DNA from: the human T2T-CHM13v2.0 reference genome, Homo sapiens
Direction: 5' to 3' (one strand)
Assembly: GCF_009914755.1 (NCBI RefSeq)
Contig: NC_060925.1
Length of the DNA: 64,000 nucleotides
The notes beneath the pieces are model-generated. The model saw only the letters and a list, made by a program, of their open reading frames with translations, was not told the origin of the DNA and did no database searches. A program made the translations under genes and the position numbers. Positions 31,990-43,905 of this stretch are shown here, piece after piece (the stretch's first letter is position 1; each line of letters opens with the position of its first letter).

Positions 31990-33049
31990 TGATTCTTAAC
32001 TTTATGCAGGACATCAAATCCTTAATCATACATAGTGCGTCAAATCAATTCAATTGTCATCGGAATGCATGCCACCTCCATATCATTTATTAACAAGCAA
32101 GCTTCAAGAAACCAGCAATCTCTTCTTATCCTGGACCCATTAATCATGGGCGCTTGGGAGTTCTAGCCTGAAATTATTTGGCATCTGGTTCTTTCTTCAG
32201 GTCCAGCTCACCTGATATCTCTAGTAATTTCCTTAACTAAAATATCCTGATGGACTAATGAGTATTTTCTCATAATTCCATACAACTGTGGTTTCATGTA
32301 TGTGACATTCTTAATTGTTGGGTAGGCTGTGATACTGCTATGGCTGTCAAAAACTTTAATGTAGTCAGCAACTTGTAGCTGAGCTTTAATTGCTGCTATG
32401 TACTAACATCATCAACCATAAGGTGTTATTTAGTCAATGCGACATGAGAATTTTTATATGTAAAGTCTCACCCCATACATACACACAAAGACATGTACAG
32501 GTGAAATAAACTAAATGAAATAAATTAATAAATATATAAGTTTAATTCCCTAAGTCCATTTTCTTCTTTTTATGTTTTTTTTTTATTTGTTAACTCCCTA
32601 AAGCAAGATAGTATCTATAAACAAACTAGGCTGCAAGGCTTTTATGAAATTTACTCATAATACACATAATTTAAATATTTTCCCCAATTTTTTCCTTAAA
32701 GCTTATTTAGCCTATTTCTCAATTAAAGAACTTCAAAATATGTATTTTCCTCAAAGGATTCTAGCTTAACGGGCTAAATTTTTTTTTTTTTCCCAATTCC
32801 TATCATGCAGTTCTTCTGCCATTCTACCCCAAATTTGACATTGTTTTCAAAGATTTGACTTTGTTTTTAAACGTAGCTTTATTCAAAGCAATGCACTGAA
32901 AATGTCTAGATGGACTCTTTGCAGCTCCATAAACACTTACACTTGGTCCCGATCTTTTTATTAACTTTAAATTACATATGCAAGTATCCAAATTGCAGTG
33001 AGAATTCTCTCTGGATCATAAAGGTATGGAAGAAACAGCCAGCAAGCAC

Positions 33050-33520
33050 CTTATTACTCCTTGTTGAACTCACCCCCTCTTTGACCTCATTTCTTTGACT
33101 TTCTTTTGTCTCCAGCCATTCTCAAATGTGCTAGGCTTGCTTCGCCTCAGAGCATTTGCACATGCCATTCTCTCTGCTTCAAATATTTTCCCCCTTGAAT
33201 TCTGCATGGGGAATTTGCTCTTCATATTCTTTGGCTTTTCCCTCAAATACAACCTTCTCACTTACCAACCTTCCCTGACCAAATTATTTAAAACTGAATT
33301 CACAACAGTCTTATTGGTCCCCTTTGCTTCCTTTATTTTCTTCCTAGCACTTTCCACTTTGACATGCCATATATTTTGTTTACTGTCTGGTTCTCCCACT
33401 GAAATGACAAGAGGGTTTTTCTCTTGTGCCTTTTCTTTTTCACTGTTCTAACATCACTGCTCAGAGGAGTGATTGTCACAGAGAAGACACTCATTTAACA
33501 CTTGAATGAATGAATGAGAC
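33050..33520. mobile_element. L2 3' fragment
   Basis: gcatttgcacatgccattctctctgc motif and (TGAA)n tail near 33503-33516. Confidence 0.7.
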
Positions 33521-33929
33521 ACAGGATCTGGGGAACAAAGCAAGTTAGAAACACCACCCTACCTTACCTAGAGTAGCACTCCCATTTTCCCATGGCTTAT
33601 TGCCTGTTTTCTCAATTTGCTCATATGTGGAATGAATGACAAACTAATACGTGCCCTTCACTTCAGAATCTCACAAATGAGCATGATTTTTTTCTTCTGA
33701 TCCAGGGGTTTTGGAACACACTTTACAGTGACCAAAAAACCTTTGTGAAGTGTCAGTGTGGAGAAGCAAATACAAACTCTTCACTAAGTGGCCCTCTTTT
33801 TGAATGTTAACACGGTTTGGTCCCAGGGATTTCTGTGTTCAAAGCCTTTCAGGGCAAGGCAGTTTTCTGCGGAGTACACTGTCCTATATACCTAATGGGC
33901 TACTGGGTTTCAGCTGGACAAAGTCCTTA

Positions 33930-34465
33930 TAGAGCCGTGATTCTCAAGAAGTAGGGGGAGATACTTTTATTTGTCATAACTAGAGTGGAGAGAGTGTGGT
34001 GTGCTACTGGCATTTAGTTGCTAGGGATGCTCAATATCCTACAATTAAGGTTCTATTTTTACCAAGTAAAAATATAGGTAGGCAAGGTAGCCAGATGAAA
34101 TACAGGGACTTCCAGTTAAATGTGAATCTTAGATGAACAACACTGTTACCTGAAACTCAAATTTAACTGTATTTTATCCGTGACCCTGCCTCCTATAATG
34201 CACAGGACAGCCTCCTTCCCTCTCAACAAAGAATTATCCAGGCCCAAAATGTCAAGAGTGGAGGTTGAGAAACCCTGCCATACAGCAGTGGTTCTCAAGC
34301 CCTAGTTTGTACCACAATTACCTTCAGGGTTGGTAAGGCCGATTATTGGGCACACCCTCAGAGTTTCTTACTCAGAAGGCCTGTAGTGGGGTCCCAAGAT
34401 TTGCATTTCCATCGATTTCCCAGGTGAAGCTGCTGTTAGATTGGGGGCACATTTGAGAACCACTA
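33930..34465. mobile_element. Cluster of hAT-Charlie MITEs (MER20-, MER33- and MER5A-like)
   Basis: aacaaagaattatccaggcccaaaatgtcaa..gttgagaaaccctgc; cagtggttctcaa..tttgagaaccact; cagttaaatgtgaatcttagatgaacaac. Confidence 0.65.
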
Positions 34466-34559
34466 CCCTAGAAAGTCCCCATGCTCTCCTGATTAGGAAG
34501 GAGCGAGGAAGGTTTCCAAAGTAGGACAGGGGTGGGAGGGTAAGGGAGAGTGGCGGGAA

Positions 34560-35290
34560 GAGCTGGCCCGCTGGGGTGGGTTATTTCGGCCGTTCTGGCC
34601 TCGCAGGCGTTTTCGGGATCCCTCTAGGCGCCGCGGAGGTCCTGGAGTCTCGATGGTCGCTCGGGCCGGGGCGTGGCCTGGCCCGGGGGCGTGGCATGGA
34701 AGGCCGGCCGAGGTGCAGCGAGCCCTCTGGTGCCGGACGTTGCGCGGCCGCGACGCCCGACGCCAACGCAGGCGCAGCGCTCCGATTCGGCGCGGCTCAT
34801 GGTCCGGTTCGGGCTCGCGAGTCTCCGTCTGGGGTAGGGCAGGTAGGCCTCAGTGTGCTCGCGCTGCAGGCAGGGCTTCGCTTGAGTACAGGAGTGGTTG
34901 GCGTTGATGTTGCGTTTTCTCAACGGCGGCATCCGAGGAGTTCGTCCTCACCACTGCGCGCCGACGGTGGGCTGGCGGGACCAGGACAGGAACAATGGGA
35001 TTCCGAGGGCCGCAAGGGGGCGCTCCTTCTGCGGGTTGGGGTGCGAGGCCGGAGGCCGGGCCGGCTGAGCGGGAGGCGGAGCGGGGTGGGTGGGGACCAG
35101 GGCGGGGTCGGGCTAAAGAGGGATGGATTCAGGGCGGGGTGGGAGGGACCAGGGCAGGCTCGGGCGGGGTGGGCGGGACGAAGGAGGCGGGCGGCCTGAG
35201 GCTGGCGGCGGGACTGCGAATGCCACGTCACATCCTGGGGCGGGGTGGCTCTGTGCCGGGGCGCGCTGGGGGCGGGTCGTTTTTAACTGC
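34560..35290 (+). promoter_or_regulatory. CpG-island promoter of PGBD2
   Basis: Very high GC and CpG; tandem GGGGCGTGGC Sp/KLF boxes (34668-34677, 34686-34695); no TATA box. Confidence 0.88.
34740..34842 (+). other. PGBD2: PGBD2 exon 1 (5'UTR; start approximate)
   Basis: Splice donor CAG|GTAGGC at 34842/34843 inside the CpG island. Confidence 0.7.
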
Positions 35291-35414
35291 GTCTGCCTGG
35301 GAAGCTGCTGAGGTTTCTGAGGGTCTTTGTTTGCCCTTCTTTCTCTTTTGCTAGTGAGGTGAAGAGAAGGGAGGGTTCTTCCGTATCCCACAAAAGCCAT
35401 TCTGAGCTGTTGGG

Positions 35415-36408
35415 TGAAGGGGTGGCCTGCCCTTCCACACCTGTGGGATATCTTGTCAGGTGGGAGGAGAGACTGAGAAAAGAAATAAGACACAGAGACA
35501 AAGTATAGAGAAACCACAGTGGGCCCAGGGGACCGGCACTCAGCATACCAAGGACTTGCACCAGCACCGGTCTCTGAGTTCCCTCAGTTTTTATTGATTA
35601 TTGTTTTCATTATCTCAGCAAGAGGAATGCGGTAGGAGAGCAGGGTGATAAGGAGGTCAGCAAAGAAACATGTGAGCAAAAGAATTTATGTCATAAGTTC
35701 AAGTGGAGGTACTATGCCTGGATGTGCACGTAGGCCACATTTATGTTTCTCTCTGCCCAAACATTTCAGTGGAATAAAGAATAACAGGGCAGCATTGCTG
35801 CCAACATGTCTTGCCTCCTGCCATAGGGCAGTTTTTCTCCTATCTCAGAATTGAACAAATGTACAATCAGGTTTTGTACGGAGACATTCAGTTCCCAGGG
35901 GCAGGCAGGACACAGTGGCCTTCATCTATCTCAACTGCAAGAGGCTTTCCTCTTTTACTAATCCACCTCAGCACAGACGGGTGTCGGGCTGGGGGACGGT
36001 AAGGTCTTTCTCTTCCCACGAGGCTGTATTTCAGACTATCACATGGGGAGAAACCTTGGACAATACCCGGCTTTCCAGGGCAGAGGTCCCTGTGGCTTTT
36101 CATGGTGCATTGCGCCCCTTGTTTATTGAGACTAGAGAATGGTGATGACTTTTACCAAGCATACTGCTTGTAAACATTTTGTTAACAAGACATGTCCTGC
36201 ACAGCCCTAGACCCCTTAAACCTTGATTCCATACAACACATGTTTTTGTGAGGTCAAGGTTGGAGCAAAGAGGTTGGGGCAAAGTTACAGATTAAGAGCA
36301 TCTCAGGGCAAAGCAATTGTTCAAGGTACAGGTCAAAATGGAATTTCTTATGTCTTCCCTTTCTACATAGACACAGTAGCAGTCTGACTTCTCTTTCTTT
36401 TCCCTACA
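35415..36408 (-). mobile_element. HERV-K(HML-2) solo LTR, LTR5B-like
   Basis: Minus strand TGTAGGGAAAAGAAAGAGA...GGCCACCCCTTCA, 994 bp, 6-bp TSD gttggg / gttagg. Confidence 0.92.
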
Positions 36409-36929
36409 GTTAGGCACCTGGCTCAGCTTTGGGGCATTTACATCTATAAAATGTCTTTTGAATAATTTTTATCTTGAATTAATTTCAGAGTTTCAGAGTG
36501 TTGTGAAACAAGCAAAAATTCCCATGTACGGTTCGTCTGGATTTCCTAGGGGTTAACATCTTATTTTACAAAACAGTCAACAAAACCAGGATATTAACAC
36601 CTACAGGCCTTATTCGAATTTCTTTACTCTCACCTATTTCCATTTTGTAATTTAGGTTCCAAGACAGCATTTAGTTGTCCTGTCTTTCCTTGGAGAAATT
36701 TACATTTTAAACAGCAGCTCTCCCACCTCCCAATCCCCTAGGACCCTTTAGAGTGGCCTGGGGAGCTCCAGGTCTCACACCAAGTTGCTTTTTCTTTGTT
36801 GAGTGCCTGGGCCAGTTCAGTTGAGAATGCCCAGTTGGACCTCTGGGCAGCTCGTGACCACCCTCTGCTCTTCCTCCCAGTGCTGCTAGGCTTAGTGAAT
36901 GGCACCTCTGTGCACCAGCCATAGGGTGC

Positions 36930-37572
36930 CTGAAATCTAGGAGGCTTCCCCGATCAGCTTTCTCCCCTGCCCTAACCCCTCAACCAATTATCCAGGCTTG
37001 ATGGTTTTACATTTTAAGTCCTCCTTAAGTGTGTCCATTTCTCTCCATAGGCCCCACCCTTTTGCCGTAGCCTTTTTGTCCATCTCCCTGCATCTATGTT
37101 GGGGCCTGCATACTCAGTTGTCCATACTGCACCCAGAATAAGCTTGTTAACATACACCCTTCCTTCTGTTATGCTCTTCCTGTATTTTTTTTTTTTTTAA
37201 ACTTCCCATAGCTCTTATAAAGACAGGCCTCCTTAACAGGGTCTTCAAGTCTCTGCAGGGCTGGTACAGCCTCTTGTACCCTGTCCCGCAGATTCCTTAC
37301 TCTGGCGTCACTGCTTTGCTTCTCCTGTGCTGTGCCTTTTGCCTGGGGTGCTATTCCCTGCCTGCTGAGGGAATTGTTACTCTTTCTGCAGCTCTCCATC
37401 ATTTTGTCTTTTCCTCAGGGAGATATTCTCTGACCTCCCTGACTAGATCAGTTTCCGTTTTACGGGTTTTGATAAACACCTCCTTTCCTTCTTAGCCCTG
37501 TCATAGTTACAATTTTATGCATATATACCTGGCACCCAGTAGATACTTCAGATGTTTGCCAAACGAATGAAA
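36930..37572 (+). mobile_element. L2 fragment (3' tail near 37570)
   Basis: cctggcacccagtagatacttcagatgtttgccaaacgaatgaa resembles the L2 3' end. Confidence 0.65.
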
Positions 37573-38039
37573 AAGTGATAGTGTGGCTGCCTAACAGCCT
37601 CTATCTAGACATTATTCCCTTTGTGAGTTTGCTTGGTATGTAGGAGCACTGGTTACCCATGTCCTCTTCCTCTGTTGGTTGTCTCAGGCAGGGCAAGAAA
37701 GATGGAGGAGCCACATGTGAGGGGATGGAGGGCCTGGGGAGCACAGTCTACAGACTCCTGAAAGGTAGAATGGGTTTTTGCTGAGCTTCTTGCGTATGTA
37801 TCCCCCTCTGACCTGGTTGAGTCCACTGTATTAGATTCTTCACTGACAGGTATTTCCTATGCGTGGTTTCAGAGACTCTTTTAGGAGTATATTTTAGTTA
37901 GGGTCAAGCATATATCAAGAGCTTCTGGTTCTTTTCTAAATAGTTGTCTCAAAGCCAAATAGTAAAGATGAAAATGAAAGTCTGCAGCAGGTTGAGATGG
38001 ACGGGGTGCCCTGGAGTGTGGCCATTTGGCTCTGTGGCA

Positions 38040-38500
38040 TGATTAATTTGGTTCAGCGAGTATTTATTGAGGGCCTGCTGCATGCCAGATGCCATGTTGC
38101 CTTTTGGGGATACAGAGGTGGGGTCGACCTGAAGATGGATTATTAATTTCAGTCTATTGTGGTGAAAGCTGTGGTAAGAGGAAGACTTGATTGGAAGCTT
38201 GATGGATGAGAAAGACATTGCAGGGGATCCCATAGGCAGGGAATGGCACCCCAGGCAAAAGGCACAGCACACAAGAAGAAAGCAAAGCAGTCAGGCCAGA
38301 GTAGGGAACCTGAGGGAGACAGGATACAAGAAACTGGACCAGCCCTCAGGAGTGGTCTGAACCTAGAGGCAGAACTGGGTCGGGATGAGGCTGGGGACCA
38401 GGCTGTGAATGGCTTTGATTTTATTTCAGAGCTTGGTTGGCAAGTTCTTGGTAGGCTGTGAAGATGGGCTCATGCCCTAATGGCTGGAGGCTGTCAGTCT
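38040..38500 (-). mobile_element. L2 fragment, inverted relative to the preceding one
   Basis: ttcagcgagtatttattgagggcctgctgcatgccag is the reverse complement of the L2 3' end. Confidence 0.65.
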
Positions 38501-39354
38501 GTATGTTAGCAAGTGGATGGGGCCAGCCTAAGGCACAGTGGAGGAAAAGGTGGTAAACTGCTGAGAGGTGAAGCAACTGTGACATGGTAACACAAGTCAG
38601 GCTTCTTGACCCAAACCTGGCTGGACCTGGGGAAGAAGTCAGACTGTTTGAGTTTTATCAGTCATACTGATGCATCCTTAATCAAACATAATTTCTGCAG
38701 CAAAATGTATGGATATTTATAGTAACAGAATTAGACATTATGAAGAGCCTCAGGTCAGTCCAGGTTTTGCTGCCAAAGAGTTTGTTGCAAAGTTTTGAAA
38801 GAAAGTTCAGTTTTTAAACCATATTTGGCTTTTGGAATTGCAGGTGAGGGGTTTTGAACCTGAAATTATAGTTAACACTTGGGAATCCAGGCCTGTTGTG
38901 TCTGCTTTACACACATTGACTCTTACTGTTTTCACAGTGCAGTGAGGGTAGGTACCATGATGATCCCATTTTACAGGTGAAAGACAAGGGCACCAGGAAG
39001 TCTCTTTGGTAAGTGACTTTCCAAAATCGCACAGCTCATCGCTGGTGGCTCCATATTACACATTTTTCCTGGGCTACAGACTTGTGAAAGGGGGTGGGGA
39101 GAGATTGAGGGACTGAGGTCTTTCTTCTGCACCTCACACACCTGGCATCTGCCTGCAGCAAGCCTGCCTTAGTGCCAAGAAGGTCAGAGCAGAAGGGGAG
39201 CTGGAGCCCCACAGACATCACAATCACACACTTGGATTTACTGAAAGCCCATGGGGACTCATGTCTGTGATTACTGGAGCTTATGATCTAATCAGGTGAT
39301 GAGCTTTTCTCACAAGCCATAGAGGAATTTGTTTTTTTTTTAACAAAAGAAAAA

Positions 39355-39605
39355 AACAGCTTTATTGTGGTATAATTGACATGCAACAAACTGCGTATAT
39401 TCGAAGTGTGTAATTTGATGAGTTTCGGCATGTGACCACACCGTGAAACCACCACCACAACCAAGATCCTGAACATATCCATCATCTCCAAGAGTTTCCT
39501 CCTGCCCCTTTGTAATCTTTCCCTCCCAGCCCTATTTGCCCCCCCATCTCGAGCACCCACGAATGTGTTTTCTGTTACTATAGGTTAGCTTACATTTTCT
39601 AGGGT
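39355..39605 (-). mobile_element. Old L1 (L1MB-like) 3' end
   Basis: cagctttattgtggtataattgacatgcaacaaactgc motif. Confidence 0.7.
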
Positions 39606-40418
39606 TTTCTTTTCTTTTCTTTTTTTTTTAGTATTTATTGATCATTCTTGGGTGTTTCTCGGAGAGGGGGATTTGGCAGGGTCATAGGATAATAGTGGAG
39701 GGAAGGTCAGCAGATAAACATGTGAACAAGGGTCTCTGGTTTTCCTAGGCAGAGGACCCTGCAGCCTTCTGCAGTGTTTGTGTCCCTGGGTACTTGAGAT
39801 TAGGGAGTGGTGATGACTCTTAACGAGCATCCTGCCTTCAAGCATCTGTTTAACAAAGCACATCTTGCACCGCCCTTAATCCATTCAACCCTGAGTGGAC
39901 ACAGCACATGTTTCAGAGAGCACAGGGTTGGGGGTAAGGTCACAGATCAACAGGATCCCAAGGCAGAAGAAGTTTTCTTAGTACAGAACAAAACGAAAAG
40001 TCTCCCATGTCTACTTCTTTCTACACAGACACGGCAACCATCCGATTTCTCAATCTTTTCCCCACCTTTCCCCCTTTTCTATTCCACAAAGCCGCCATTG
40101 TCATCCTGGCCCGTTCTCAATGAGCTGTTGGGCACACCTCCCAGACGGGGCGGCTGGCCGGGCAGAGGGGCTCCTCACTTCCCAGTAGGGGCGGCTGGGC
40201 AGAGGCGCCCCTCACCTCCCGGACGGGGCGGCTGGCCGGGCGGGGGGCTGACCCCCCCACCTCCCTCCTGGACGGGGCGGCTGGCCGGGCAGAGGGGCTC
40301 CTCACTTCCCAGTAGGGGCGGCCGGGCAGAGGCGCCCCTCACCTCCCGGACGGGGTGGCTGGCCTGGCGGGGGGCTGACCCCCCCACCTCCCTCCCGGAC
40401 GGGGTGGCTGGCCGGGCG
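39606..40418 (-). mobile_element. 5'-truncated SVA (poly-A, SINE-R, part of VNTR), antisense in PGBD2 intron 1
   Basis: T tract plus tttattgatcattcttgggtgtttctc (SINE-R), then GC-rich VNTR units ggacggggcggctggccgggc. Confidence 0.96.
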
Positions 40419-41318
40419 CTCCCCCAGCAAATTTTAAAGCACCCTCTGGGTGCTCTACTTCCTCTGTCCACTAACTGCCACTGTTCTGGGTGCAGCAGGG
40501 AGACAGAGAAGGATATGACACCAGGTGGGAGAGTTATTGGAGATGCGCAGAGAGGGGTTGTTGGTCTATTCTTGCAGTTGTAAAAGTGGCCCAGAGTGAG
40601 TTGTCCAGGGAAATTAAAATGCATAGAAAGTTTAATATCTTAAAATGAGAAGTTAACTTGAATCAGCTGTCCAGGTGGCTTGCCAGCAGTCATCACCATT
40701 TTGAAAATATTGGCATGGGGTCCCTGTGGTGCTGAGATATTTCCTTAGCTGGAATCCTTGTGGAAACTCCCATCATCATTGTGTGCATGTGCAAATCCCC
40801 CTACTCCTATAATTAATTTCTGTGAGCTCTGGATAAACAGGGATGCTTCCTGACTTCTGTTTGCATTTCCCCCCAGTATTACTGCATTTTATCAGTTTAC
40901 TGACAGGGTCAGGGCGACTGGTTTTCCATTAAATTATTCAAGCGTGACTGTCTAATCTCCTGGAAAACTAATTAGATGCCCTTGGACACTAACACTTTCT
41001 AAATCTGTTGTGATTTTGTTCTGCATCGCTGGGCAAGTCACTTCTTTCCATGCCTCAGTTTCCTCAATGGTTAAATGGGGGTTACTACAACCTCAAGAAG
41101 ATATGAAAGGACTGAAATGCATTGACATCGGTAAAAATGCTTAAAACAGTACTCTGCACTTAAGTGCTCACTTGCTAAAAGGGTTTCTAATGTCTTTACT
41201 CCAAAATATTTCAAACATACAGAAAATACAGAGAAAAATATATCAACATCCATGTCCCCACCTCCCAGATTTAACACATATTAACACATTTTGCCATATT
41301 TGATTCAGATTTTTTTTT

Positions 41319-41422
41319 AAATATGGAACACTTACGAATTTGCATGTCCTCTTTGTGGACAGGCTATGCTAATCTTCTCAGTATTGGTCCAATTTTAGTA
41401 TATGTGCTGCCGAAGTGAGCGC
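41319..41422 (-). pseudogene. RNU6-1205P: Full-length U6 snRNA retropseudogene
   Basis: Reverse complement GCGCTCACTTCGGCAGCACATATACTAAAATTGG...GAGAAGATTAGCAT...GTTCCATATTT, short A tail, TSD tcagatttt; ACAGAGA box mutated to ACTGAGA. Symbol number is from memory. Confidence 0.93.
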
Positions 41423-41427
41423 TCAGA

Positions 41428-41728
41428 TTTTTTTTTTTTTTTTTTTTGAGATGGGGTTTCACTCCTGTTGCCCAGGCTGGAGTGTAATGGTGCGATCTCG
41501 GCTCACTGCAGCCTCGCCTCCTGGGTTCCAGCGATTCTCCTGCCTCAGCCTCCTGAGTAGCTGGGATTACAGGCATGTGCCACCACGCCTGGCTAATTTT
41601 GTAGTTTTAGTAGACACGGGGTTTCTCCATGTTGGTCAGGCTGGTCTCGAACTCCCGACCTCAGGTGATCTGCCCGCCTCGGCCTCCCAAAGTGCTGGGA
41701 TTACAGGTGTGAGCCACCGCGCCTGGCC
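41428..41728 (-). mobile_element. AluS (Sp-like) abutting the U6 copy
   Basis: TSD gagcgctcagatttt / gagcactcagatttt. Confidence 0.92.
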
Positions 41729-42489
41729 AGAGCACTCAGATTTTATAAAAAGAACTAACAGATCTGGTTGGCCTTCCTCTCCCCCCTCACCCCATCTCAT
41801 CTTCCACTTCCTCACTCCAGTTTCCCTCCCTCCCCTGTGGGTACCCCTTCTGTGAAGAGCTAGTGTGTAGCCTTCCAGTTCTGGTTTTATACTCCTTCCC
41901 TGCACATAGTATCTGCTGAGAACACAGGGAATTTCTTGTGGGTATTTATAGTTATATAAGTGGTGTTCTGCACTTTCTCTCTGCAGCTTTGTTTCATTAA
42001 GTGTTGTTTTCAGGATCTGTCTGCTGTCTAGGTAGTTCATTTTTTTAAACTTCTAATTAATATATTCATTTCCCAGTTGGTAGTCTTTTAGGTTTTTCTG
42101 ATGTTTAGCTATTATGGATCGTGCAGCGGGATGTTCTACTGGCATCTATTAGTAGAAGCCAGGGATGCCGCTAAACATCCTAGAATGCAGTGGAAAGCCC
42201 CGCCACCCCACAAGGGAAGACTCATCTAGCCCCAAATATCATCTACTTTAGAATGTATTTTGGTGTGAGTTGTGAGATGAAGGAGTTTGTTCTTTTCCCT
42301 CTGAATAACCAGTCGACCCAGACACTATTAAGGTGGTGAATCTTAAGTCAAATATATTTTTCCCTTAAATGGTAGAAAAGATCCTGTTGCCTTGCTTCTT
42401 AAGATACAATTTTTTTTTAAATTGACTTTTCTTGTCTTACAGGTTCTTAGACTCTGTGAGTAAAGACAGCTTCATCTTCCCAGTTCATC

Positions 42490-42506
42490 ATGGCTTCAAC
42501 ATCCAG
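42490..42506 (+). CDS. PGBD2: PGBD2 coding part of exon 2 (exon 42443..42506), MASTS plus split Arg codon
   Basis: Acceptor ttttcttgtcttacAG|42443; ATG in good context (atcATGG); donor AG|GTAGGA at 42506/42507; phase matches exon 3. Confidence 0.9.
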
Positions 42507-43905
42507 GTAGGAGTGCTGTTTGATCAAATGTTTTATTGAAGAATTTATTCCCCTATGCTTTTGAAAGGCCAGGTCCATGACATTTTTAGCTCTTGGCCTC
42601 AGTATAACAGTTGGTGTCCAGGAAGTATAAAGGAAGAAGGGAGAGGAGATGGGAGAAGAATGGGAAAAATGGGAAAAGGCTGACAGTTGCATGGTGTGGG
42701 TGTGGTTATGTAGCACTAATGTTTACACTCGATAGAAAACCATGACTTCACTTTCCTCATCTTTCAAGATAAAGACACCAGATGGTTACTCCTGGGGCCA
42801 CCTCAGTCCCCGCAGGGTTTCTCATGCCTGGGGTTTGAACAGTCATGTGCAGAAGTTGTTTGAGAGTCTGGGGGTGAGCTGGAGCTTGGGCAGTCAAGCC
42901 TGGTAGAGACCTGGAGCTTGCAGCCTTGGCTCTGCCCCTGTGAACTGGGTGAGGACAGGTCAGGAAAGCGTGAAGATGGCTGCTGTACCCCTTACTCCAA
43001 GGTCCATGAGAAGGGCTTTTAATTTTCTTTCCCTTTAAGCCGGTCTCTTTTTCTGGCCCATGCAGAGCTTGGATGAGTGAATACCTCACCTCCCTGGAGG
43101 TCAGCATGGCAGCTGACAGTCAGTCTCCAGGAAGTGAGGTTGGAGTGAATTTCTAATGCAGCCTGAACTCCAAAGTCCATGGGCAGGTCTGTACTGATGC
43201 AGCTTCTGTGGTAAATCCTGCATCCTTCTGTTGGGATGGAGGGTCCTCACGTAGAGGTTGGGGCCTGCAAAGGGGCACAGGGAAGCTGCAGGGACCTCTG
43301 TGCCTACCCTCCATGCTGAGTCCATTCTCATAGCCAGGGTGATGTGTTTACAGCCTAGATATGATTCCTCACTACCCTGTTCCATGGTTCACCCCCACCC
43401 CTGGGGCTACGTATGGCAGCTGAACACTGGAAGTCCTGGCCAGGGCCTGTGGAGTCCTGTGGGGCCTGGTTCTCTCTGGCTCTGCTCTGCTCTCTTGTCT
43501 TCATTGCACCTGCAGCCTCGCTGATCTCCTTGCCGTTCTGCAGATGTTGAATCCCTTCAGTGTCAGGGCTGTGTGCCTGTGGTTCTTTCTCTCTGCCTGG
43601 GACATCTTGTCTCCAGCTGTCTGTAGGGCTCTTTCTCTCACCTCCTTCAGGTCTCCCACTCTGTGAGCCTTCTCTCACCATTCTGTCCAAAATAGCAGCC
43701 CTAGCTCTACCCCTTTGTTGCATTCTGTCCTTATCCGGGATGGCATTCATTGCTACCTGACACCATCCTGCATAGCTACTTGTCTGTTGATTTGTTGTCT
43801 GACTCCTCCAATTAGAACTAAAGTGCTGTGCAGGGTGGGAGTGGAGTGTACCCATCGCCAGCCCCTGGGCAGCACCTGCTCACTGTCTGTGCTCAAATGC
43901 AAGTA

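Noticed and set aside
34576-35567. Overlapping Gly/Arg/Pro-rich ORFs
   Set aside because: Expected in a CpG island and LTR; no recognisable domain
39807-40624. 258-aa and 149-aa ORFs and GC-rich tandem units
   Set aside because: SVA SINE-R and VNTR; neither a gene nor a CRISPR-like array
41319-41422. Functional U6 gene
   Set aside because: Multiple substitutions including the ACAGAGA box, A tail and TSD, and an Alu upstream in place of PSE/TATA
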